This document shows, one piece after another, positions 38,960 to 49,100 of a stretch of DNA of 64,000 bases. How positions within the stretch are numbered: the stretch's first letter is position 1; each line of letters opens with the position of its first letter. The stretch is taken from the NCBI GenBank assembly GCA_035084275.1, contig CM068742.1:135842001-135906000 (forward strand), given 5' to 3'. The notes below the pieces were generated by a model. It did no database searches. It was given only the letters and a program-made list of their open reading frames with translations, and had not been told where the DNA came from. A program made the translations under genes and the position numbers. Origin of the DNA: Hydrolagus colliei. Taxonomy: Eukaryota.

Positions 38960-40300
38960 ATACGAACAGGAGAAGGCCATTCAGCCCCTTGAGTCTGTTC
39001 CAACATACTACAGTAAAAGCCCATTTATCCAGCACCCTCGGGACCTGGCCAATGAAGGCTAAAGCGCGTGCCAGATATTCAGTCGAAAACACAAAAAAAG
39101 TTTACATTAAAAAAATTTAATTACTTTTTTAAACATACCATATTAATAATAGACTAAATAATAACAGAATATTGTTTGGATACTTACCAATAAAGCAATA
39201 AATATCGATTACCATCTTTAACACAGCACACAATCAAAGGGGTACTCTTATTCTTTTTCTCTTACACACACACAAACACACACAGTCTGGCATCTCAATA
39301 GCTCCAAAACCAACCCCCCTCCACTCCTCTCATTTTCCATCTAAATTAATCAACCCACCCCCACTCTCCCCTCCTCTCCCTCCCCCTTCCACTCCTCTCT
39401 CTTTCTCCCCCCCCCCCCCCCCCCCCTTTTTCCCTCTCTTTCCCTTTGTCCCCCGGCCACCTTCTCTCTCTCCCTGCCTCTCTCTCGAACAAGGAAGTGA
39501 AGCTTTCAGAGGTAGTTGTACTGTACTGTGAGCGGAAAAACGGCAGTGCCGCCTTCAGGCACTAGTAGCAGCATACCGAAATACTGATACGAGCGAAAAA
39601 AATGTGATTATGCCGGATAACACCCAGTTAATTGAATGAGGACCTGTTTTTTGAGGTGCCGGTTATATGGAAGTTACGGCTGATTGGGTCACGGATAAAC
39701 AGGCTTTTACTGTATAAGATCATGGTTGATCTGTACCTCAAGTCCCAATTACTTGGTTGTGCCCTGTATCCCTTGAATATACAGTACTTACCTAACAAAA
39801 ATCTATCCACCTCAGTCTTAAAAATTTGAAAGGATCCAGCATCTACAGCCATTTGTGGGTGAGTGTTCCATATTTCCCATACCCTTTCGATGAAACAATG
39901 CTTTCTGATTTTGCTCCTTAGCTCTAATGTTAAGATTGTGTCCCCTTGTTCTGGATTACCCCACTGGAGAAAATACTTTCTTTGTAGCTACCTTATCAAA
40001 TCCCTGTACCATTTTAAACACCCTCAACTTTCTAAATTCAAGGGAATACATACCAAGTTTATGCAATGTATCCTCTTAACCTTTTTAGCTCTGGTATTCT
40101 GGTGACCCTGCACTGTACCCTCTCCAGGGCCAATATATATTTCCTTAGGTGTTGTGCCCAAAACTGAACGCAATACTCCAGATGGGGTCTGACTAAGGCT
40201 GTCTACAGCAGAAGCATCATTTCCTCTCCTTTACATTCCAACTCCCTTGAGATTAAGGCCATCATTCCATTAACCTTTTTCATAACATTTTGTAAGTGAA
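38960..40300 (-). mobile_element. CR1 LINE 3' fragment interrupted by a MITE
   Basis: CR1 3' signature (ggccattcagccc), FKTEVDRFLLGK, and [14 protein letters not shown]-like sequence at ~40150-40200. Confidence 0.8.
39011..39712 (+). mobile_element. Same MITE family, copy 3, inserted into a CR1 3' fragment
   Basis: TA|cagtaaaagcccatttatcc ... ggataaacaggcttttactg|TA; CR1 sequence resumes on both sides. Confidence 0.88.
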
Positions 40301-40813
40301 TAATATATGAGGGTATTTAACATTCAGAAAGATTTTGGTCAATTAAGCAATACAGGTCAGAGTGGCAGATTAATTTTAATGTGGAAATCTGCACCATAAT
40401 GCTGAGATATTGTATCACCGAAAATATAAATGTTGAATGACATAGACGAGCTAGATATAAATTAATTTGACATCTGCCTCAAGAACAAATTTTGCTATGT
40501 GCATCTGCTATGTTGTGTAAAACAAGTGGACTTTTTAAAATTATAAATGAGCAAACAATATTTTGCCTTTTTTTAAGCAGCCTGGAGTGAAACAAATAGG
40601 TTTCCATTGAAATTACCTGAAATATTCACTAATTGTTTTCTTGGCATAAAATATTTGTGGCTAAACTAAGACAACAAAATTACTCTTGTATAGCGCCTTT
40701 CACATCAGAAGTCCCAAGTAATCAATGCTTTGTATTTAAAGTATCACAATACGTTATACTTAGTGAAACAAATATAGTTCAGTCCAAGGACAGCCTACTT
40801 TACTCCCGTTTAC

Positions 40814-42659
40814 CAGGGCTGTAGTCGAGTCCTCCTCATCCGAGTCCCTGATGTCCGAGTCCGAGTCCTTGCCACTTTTTAATGTCCGAGTCCAAGTCCT
40901 CAATGTCCGAGTCCGAGTCCTCCATGTAAAAATTCACGCCCATCACCAACTTATACATACTAGAATTTCAGTCTTATACATTTTTGGATGTATATTGCTT
41001 GCTACACTTTGTTTACAAGGGTTGGGTTCTTACTTCATGGTTTTATGCAATAAATTGACTCATTATCCCAAAGTTCAAGTGCTTAATGGTTTGGTTCAAG
41101 AACAAATTAAAATTTGATTTTTAGTCCCTGAAGTACAAGGAATATTGACTTCTCAAGTCGTCAGTCACTTGTCTGATAAAGCCATTGCACTGATATTCAC
41201 TGAAATGAAGATTCACAAAATGCTAAGACAGTGATATGCGTTCATTAATTGGAGGAAGGTAACATGGTCGGGCATGAAAAACAAGTGTCTAGAAAGTTGA
41301 TGTTAATCCTCTCCAAACTTGCAGTTAAGCAGTAGTTCCGCAGTAACCTGTGCCTTATTAAATTTGTCTTTCGGAGTGCTTCAAATTGATAAGTTTGCCT
41401 AACTAAAAAATTCTAGCTCAAACGTCTGACTGCAATTTAGAGACTTTGCAGTTTAAAGCTGACTTGGAACTAGTAACTTGGCTGGCTTGTGGTATTCGCT
41501 TTTATTCAAACTGGTGGACGAGAATTCAGTGAATTCCTCTTACGAGTCCCCTAAATTTGTGTTTTCTAATTCCGTTCTCCTTTCCTTTCGCTTCACAGTG
41601 CTTGCGCTTTACTTTTTATGCATATCTCTATGGGGCTAGATTTTTGTCCCCATATATATTTCTACTATATAGACTTAAGATCTAGCCCTAATTTCAGCAC
41701 GTAGCTGTATTTTATATGTGAGACTTCCATCCGTGTTGGAGAAGAGCGACAACTACTCCAACCAGATGGATTTTTCTGTAGACTGAGGCCTACCCAACAT
41801 AGTTCAGAAAATAGTCTTTATTAGATTAAATCTTCAAGACTATTAACATGATAAAATTTATCGTGATTCATAAGTAACACGTTCCGACAAGAGTCCACAC
41901 ACACACTTAATTTATTGTATAGTCTAATCGTAAATGAGTACGAAACTTACTTTTCTTTATGGCATCGCTGCAGATGGCTTGTGAAATACGATGCGGTGCC
42001 ACACGTTTCAGTTATAACACATTTGCAAAACTTACATTTTGCGTGATGTTTGTTGCCCCCTGTTGTTGTGAATTCCTTAAGATCTGTGTACCCGTACCCA
42101 ATCACTCAGGACATGGCAGACATGGTGATGCTCGTACTCGCCGGGCAGGTAAGAATCAGGGAGGTTTCAGTGCGTAGCACGCGATATAAGCTTAGTACGG
42201 TAGTCCTTGTACAGTTAGTACACAAGACAATGTATAAAAAAATACTCACAGAGTCTCAGCAGAAATCAGTGTTACTACACAGTACTCACACAATAGAACA
42301 AGCACGTGGCAATCCAGGGCATTGGATTTAAATGAGTCACTTTTTAAAGGGCTATTTTCACTGGTAGAAAATTTACATGTGATAGATAGGAAGTAGTATC
42401 CCACGTGGGATACCACGTCACAGTTCATTCACAAGCAATTTTCGCTGCGAGATTTCCGGTAAGTCGGCAGGTGTAGTATTTGTGTGAACTGCAGAAAACA
42501 CTGCAGCTCGGCTCATACCTGCTGGACTCGTGGCGGTCTCGAGCCCGAGTCCTCGAGTCCCTGCTGTCGAGTCCGAGACCCGCACAGCCGAGTCCGAGTG
42601 AAATGAGGACTCGAGACCGGTCTCGAGTCCGAGGCCAGGACTCGAGTCCTATAGCCCTG
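40814..42659 (-). mobile_element. Non-autonomous hAT transposon with a relic BED zinc-finger exon
   Basis: Perfect 8-bp TSD CCGTTTAC (40806-40813 and 42660-42667); TIRs cagggctgtag / ctatagccctg; clustered subterminal CCGAGTCC repeats at both ends. Confidence 0.92.
41951..42123 (-). pseudogene. Relic hAT transposase first exon (BED zinc finger)
   Basis: MSAMS*VIGYGYTDLKEFTTTGGNKHHAKCKFCKCVITETCGTASYFTSHLQRCHKE then AA|gtaagt donor; CxxC...HLxxxH BED signature; stop at codon 6. Confidence 0.75.
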
Positions 42660-44907
42660 CCGTTTACTATCCGACAAGTGCAATAATAATAATAATCCTT
42701 GCATTTGATATAGTGCCTTATCATGTCTTCTAGACATCTCAAAGCGCTTCACAGAATACACTGTGAAGTGAATTGACTGTATATTTTGTGGGTGCAACAT
42801 GGCAGCCAATTCCGCACAGCAGTGTCCCACAAACAGTGGTGGATTGAATTGACTAATTATTGTGTTTTTTTTAGGGATTATTATTAGGCATATGGAATTA
42901 AAAAACTTGCCCAAGGTTTCACCCTGCCTGCAATTGAACCTGGGTCTCTCACTTGTAAGGTGAGTGCTCTAACCACTGAGATACAATACTCCACAAATAA
43001 AAACAATTAGCATTTTTACTACACCCTTCACACTTGACAGCACCTTGGAGTACACGATTGAGCCTTCACTATGTGGATGCCAAATACTGTACCAAGAATA
43101 GGCTGCTACATTTTCTGTTTTGATTTTAGCATTTCTTTTTTTTTGTTTTTAGCGATTTTAATCGATTCTTTAACTGCACGTTGTTTAGAGGTTAAAGTTT
43201 AAGCATTTGGCAACCGCAATTTTCGTGTGCAAAGAAGCTGATTTGAAATCTACATCAGACAACATTCCTGGAAGTAACATGATTCTCCCAATTGTCTCCT
43301 CTGATGTTCAAATTTCCACCTAGTTTTAGACATACTGTATGTATAAAAAAAATCATGTCACTTTAAAATTTAAGATTGCATAGGATTCTGGAACATTCTG
43401 AAATTCAGTCGAATTTGGAAACCTATTTTCTGAAGCACTTTACTTCAAAATAAGTATTTTACGATTAAATGGTCTAGGCCAATACTGTACTAGGTTCCTG
43501 GCTGACCAATAAAACAGAATAAAGCCTAAAAAATTGAACATTCCAAACCCTCATTGCATAGTGAAATAATTGTTGGTTACATAATCTCACCAGCACCATA
43601 ATCAATCCCCAAAGGACCATCATAAAAACCCTTTGGCATTCTCATCTCATTGACTGTACCTAGATTTAGTTTTTATCTGAATAAACATTTATTGTATTAG
43701 ATTATAGGTCTATTGCATGTGATTTACAACCCACAGAAGTGTCATTGAACGTGATTTCCTGTGACTTCATCATTCAGAAATTATTTTATAAGATCCCAAT
43801 GGGAAACGTGTTAGAATGTGGATTTAGCAGCAACACATAGCTCAGGATAGACAGGAAGCTCAAGAAAGTAAATCATATAGTTTCTCTTGTTTCGTTTGAT
43901 ATCTCTGCTTCATCACATTTACCAGCACATACAATTATGTAACAGACATGATTTTATTTAGAACTGGATAAAATCAATAGGCCCAATAGGATATTTACTA
44001 TCCTAGGAAACGTGCCTCACAATATCCCTCAATCCCCTATCTTTCCAGAAAGATAACTGTCTTTTGAACCCTTTTACTGTATACTGTCTAATGGTCTGTC
44101 TGTTAACTTTTTCAACCAGTGCACTAACCTATGTGTAAAAATTGTGTTGTTTGGTTTCTGTTCTCATTCTAATATATGTCCTCTGGTGCTTGAACTTTCA
44201 CACATGTGCAAGAATAGTAATAATAGTATAATTGTTGCATTTGAGATGTCTTTTCATTCTTCTAGACATCTCAAAGCGCTTCACAGAATATAAGGTAAAG
44301 TGAATTAATTGACTGTGTATGTATGGGTGAAATGCAGCAGCCGATTGCGTACAATAGTGTCCCAGAAATAGTCGGGGATTGAAATGACTGGTTTTTTTAG
44401 GGATTATTATTAGGCGTGTGGTGTGAGGAAACTTGCCCAAGGTTTCGCCCTGTCTGGAATCGAACCCATGTTCTCGCTTGAAAGGCAAGTACTCTGACCA
44501 CTGAGCTACAGAACTCCCAATAAGATTACAATGCATTATGTTTTTCGATTATTATCAACAAAAATGAAATTCTGTGGTCTGAACGTTCAACAGTAACACT
44601 CTGCAGGATGGAAGAAATGACAGAAGTATTTTGAAAGCCTTCTGAGAAATGAATTGCTTAAGAGGATTCCACTAAAACTATAACGACACTGTTCAATGAG
44701 AGAGAGGAGGCTGTTTGTCACATTCCATTTCTAGAGATGAAGAGAATAGCTACATCTGGAAATCTGAAATGAAAAAAAGTTTCCTATGAGAAACATATTG
44801 TTCTCCTTGAGAAGCTGATTGCGCTGTTGTGGGATTTCAGCACAATCTGTCTGTATTCTGCTTGGGCATGGGAAGAATGTAGCCTTGGGAATAAACATGG
44901 ACATTTG

Positions 44908-45095
44908 TGAAACAGAAACAGAGAGAGCTGGGAAAACTCAGCAGGTCAGGCAGCATCTATGGAGAAAGGAAAGTGAGTCAACGTTTCGGGTCCACAGCAC
45001 TTCGTCAGAACTTGTTGTTGTTGTTAACCTGCTGAGTTTTCCCAGCTCTCTCTGTTTCTGTTTCAGATTTCTAGCATCTGCAGTATTTTGTGTTT
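44908..45095. mobile_element. Penelope-type terminal palindrome with a hammerhead-ribozyme relic
   Basis: Perfect 39-bp inverted repeat (44908-44946 / 45027-45065); minus strand between the arms has agtt-CTGACGA...GAAACGT-T-gact. Confidence 0.7.
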
Positions 45096-45096
45096 A

Positions 45097-45710
45097 GGCT
45101 CATTTCAGTGAGGGCCATGATATCAACGTTCTCATCGAGGATGAGATCGTTGATGTCCAGGGTCTTGTTGCAGAAGGAGCGACGTTTTGGAGGCTGACGC
45201 GGAGGGAGCAGTTGGCAGAGGGATGTGAGGGGAGACCGTATTGGGCAGCAGGGGTGGAGGGGATGGGGATGAGAGAGGAGAGGTTAGCCCTCCCGGATCT
45301 GTGTCTGGTGTGGCTGGCGGTGGTGATGTGGAATGGGGGCAGTCGGTGTGGGTGCTGCTAGACAGCCAATGCCGAGTGCCACGCTGAGCCCGGCGGAGGA
45401 TTCCTAGGCTGGAGCAGAGGGAGGCTGTGCGAGAGTTGAGTGGGGATAGCAGGCGGGGTGGGTGATGGGTGGGGGGCGGAGTGAGAGCAAGAAGGGACAG
45501 TTGCTGAGAAGAGGTGGGGAGTAGGCGGGGGGGGGAGAAGGGGAGAGTGAGAGTAGCGGATAGAGGGGGGTGGGTGGGAGGAGAGACATTTAGGGTGGTG
45601 GGGGAGGCTCAGGTTGGTGCGGCAGCCAAAACGCGCACGCAGACGACTGGGAGCTACCTTTAACCCTGCAAGCCGAAGCCCGAATACGTAGGGTGGTCGT
45701 ACTCATGTCT
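45097..45710 (-). mobile_element. 5' portion of an L2 LINE (5' UTR, ORF2 N-terminal extension, start of the APE endonuclease)
   Basis: Minus strand reads LGILRRAQRG...ANLSSLIPIP...LRVSLQNV/RSFCNKTLDINDLILDENVDIMALTE (1-nt deletion), the N-terminal APE endonuclease motif; truncated at the adjacent Penelope-type palindrome. Confidence 0.75.
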
Positions 45711-45846
45711 CTATGGGGAACAACGACCTTTTTTCCCCGTTATTATTCCCATGTTTGCAATTTATAGAGTGCTATTGATGTTTTTCCATTCAATAAATAT
45801 GTGATAGAAATTGACAAAGCAAGACAAAACACCTATTAGGGGTAGT

Positions 45847-46150
45847 GGAGTCATGTAGCTCAGTGGTTAGAGCACTCAGTTTGCAAGTGAGAGATCTGGT
45901 TTCAATACCAGGCAAGGCGAAACCTTGTGCAAGTTCCCTTACTCCACATGCCTAATAATAATCCCTCAAAAAACAATAATAAATTGTTTCATTTCAATCC
46001 ACAACTGTTTGTGGGGCACTGCTGTGTGCAATTGGCTGCCGTGTTTCGCCCACAAAATATACAGTCAATTCACTTTGCAGTGTATCCCGTGAAGTGCTTT
46101 AAACCGTCTAGAAAACGTGATAAGGTGCTATACCAAATGCAAGGATTATT
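45847..46150 (+). mobile_element. Full-length tRNA-headed SINE (Deu-type 3' half, L2-like tail); other near-full copies at 32910-33215(+), 34978-35310(+), 42683-42992(-), 44220-44518(-) and 49305-49570(-)
   Basis: A-box tagctcagtggttagagc and B-box ggtttcaatacc; body gggcactgctgtgtgcaattggctgcc; stem-loop tail ending aaatgcaaggattatt. Truncated copies at ~770-890, 9340-9495, 10840-10945, 11280-11365, 16915-17130, 17390-17650, 21135-21380, 48350-48515, 55475-55570 and 57125-57210. Confidence 0.9.
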
Positions 46151-49100
46151 TTTATTTTATGTATGCATGTGTGCATGTGTGCGTGCATGCGTGTGTGCGT
46201 GCGTGCGTGCATGTATGTATTTATTTATTTACTTATTTACTTATTTATTGTGGGCAAACGTACTGAACTTTGGTGTTCGTTTTCCATTTTCCAGGACTTG
46301 GCATCAAGATCGATAACTTTACTAAAGAGTGGGAAGTAATCCCCTGGATATTTTAATTTTTTTCCCATAGTATTTATTTTGTAAGTGGGTCTACACATAG
46401 TGAAACAGACAGGACGGACTCAACACTTTTAGTTCATGCTGTCCACAATTATGTGTGCTGTTAGTGAGCAGCCAAAATATTTTCTTCTGGTTACTTGCGA
46501 CATCTTAGCTCAGTTGGTAGCATTCTCATCTCTGTTTCAGAAAACTGTGGATTCAGTTCCTGAATCAAGGATATAGAGTTCATAGTGTTGGCTGATGCTC
46601 TAGTGCAGTGTTGGGGGAGCATTGCAGAATTCTTGGTGCTGTCCTTCTGGTGAGGTGCAAAATGAAAGATACTGTCCCACTGTTCAACTGGATGTTAATG
46701 ACACTGTTCTTCTGGAGATCTGGCCTGCAATCATCTGGTTAATTGACCATTCACTTCCTTGACCTTTGCCTAAAAATACAGTCAACAACAACAACTGTGA
46801 TTTATATAGCGCCCTCCAAGCTGGATGGCGTCTCAGAGCCCTCATATGTACAGTCACTGCATTTTACAGAAAAGTCTTTGAAATGCTTTTTGATAAATTG
46901 TATCTAATTTAAGGATTGTTCTCATATTTGATCTCAAATCACTTTTTAGCTGCCTAACTCTGTGTGATCACTTACCCAACTTGTTTATATTGCACCAAAA
47001 ATTATTCATGATGCTCATCAATCATTAAACAGTCCAAAAGCAAAAAGCATGTTAATAACATTTTCTCCCATAATTGAGTTGGAGTCAAGTAAATATAACT
47101 GGAGAAGAATTTCAAGCAGTAGGACATTATCAACCCATTTAAACTATCTATTTAATTTCCCACAAGATTCAAAAATATAAATTAAGCTCTAATTATAGAT
47201 GTAGGATCCTAAAGGGATATAGGATTTTTTTTAGGAACATGAAAACTCCATTTAGCCCGACAATTGAGTTTCTATTTTAATTGGTCTCAGTTCTACTTGC
47301 CAGCTTCTCACTATGTCCCTCAATCCCTTCTTACTCAAGAAATGCATCTAGTTGCCTGTGTAAGCCATTTCAGTGATCTTCCCTAGTGATTTATTCCAAA
47401 AATCTATTACCCTATGCGTAAAAATATTCCACTGTAGTTTCTTACCTATGACTAATTTTCAACTTCTGTCCTGTTTCCCAACGTGAAAGGTGCTCCATAA
47501 ATGCAAATGTGTTGTTATTACTGTCGTTAAAATTCCCGATAGATATCCACAAGTCTATGAACCCTATTTGCACAGTAACAATGGGTCAACTAATTTCCTG
47601 TTTGGTAAACTATGACTTGTTGGATCTTGCCGAGACTCTACCTCACATGAAAAGCATTATATAAATGCAAGCTGTGATTGTTTATTAAGAAACAAGTAAC
47701 GCGTTTACTGAACTGAGTAACATTGCTATCATGATTCAGTTCAATCAACAACAACAGCAGCAAAATTACATTTGTAGAGTGCCTTTCACGTCGGGAGGAC
47801 GTCCCGAGGTGCTGGATTCTCTCCAGTCTCTCCATTTAAAAAACTATTTATTGATAGTGTATTGGTTTCATAGATGGGCTTAAGCAACATCTGCTGCAGC
47901 TTTGGCAGTACTTTACTGCAATTATATGGAGAGACCAAAGAGTGCAATACTGCACAACTGAAATTGGAATTCAGACCTACATTTTGCTAATTCTTAAATC
48001 TGGATGATTGACGGTAAAGGTAGGGTATGGTAGAACTGTTAATGGATACCTTGAAAATGGGCTCTTGGTTTTGAATCTCCTACAATAAATTACATATCCC
48101 TTCTTCAAACCTTTAATCCCCTGCTCTGTGAGCGCCTCATTCAACATTATAAAATTTAACATAATTTTATGAAATATATTTCTGACTACTGAGCTACACT
48201 ACTTTGCTCGTATGGAATTAAGTGTGTTTGAAGAGCTCAGTGTAGATCAATATTTCATCAGCTCAGTTGAATTTAACTCAGTGTCTCCGAGATGAAAGAC
48301 AGCAAATGAAATGTGCAAGTCCCCATCCCTGAACTGCATGAGATTTTGAAAAAAATTGGTCACTTCAATCCATGAGTGTTTGTGAGACACTGCTGTGTGC
48401 AATTGGCTGCCGAATTTCATCCATATATATACTTTGCAGTATATTCTGTGACGCACTTTGAGACATCTAGAAGTCGTGAAAAACGCTATATCAAATGCAT
48501 GGATTATTATTATTAAGTGCTGTAGTGTGTTAGCAACAAGTTAAATAGTGCCCTTTACATGGGATAACATCTTGGAGTGCTTCACAGCGGCGGAATTAGA
48601 CCTTGGAGTGGAGGCATAGGGGCAGAGATTTCCAGATAGTTGGGGCATAATGTCTCAAGCCTTAGCCACCAATGGTGGCGTAGAAGGGGTAGTGAACATC
48701 AGCAGTTAGCTGAACAGAGGGGGCAGGCAACAAACTGTGGTACAACAAAATCAAAGAGATAGGGAGATCTTTGGGCGTAAAAGGATTTATTTGTGAGGGT
48801 CAGGACCTTTAAATTGATCTGTTCAGAGCCAGGAATGGATTTGGGTGTGTGGAGTTTGGTGTTGGTGAGATGTTTGGCAGAATATTGGATTAGCTGGATT
48901 TAATAAACCACAGCCTTTTAGTGATTTCACATTAAATTGATTTGTGCCGATTCCAATATTTTGACAACACAACTAGCAATTGACTCAATTGACAGTACTA
49001 TTCGATGAATCCCCAAATCCTGTCTGAAACTCCTCCACATAACTTGGTAATTCACGTTGTAGCTATTTGGGGGGATATTAGTGTGCAAAACTTGGGAGTT

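Noticed and set aside
45655-45700. Resemblance to a twister ribozyme (TAAC.CTGC...AAGCCCG...AGGG on +) or to 5S rRNA helix II (ACCACCCT...GCAGGGT on -)
   Set aside because: The twister L4 bases needed for the T1 pseudoknot are missing and the 5S box C region is absent; kept only as an unclassified structured motif.
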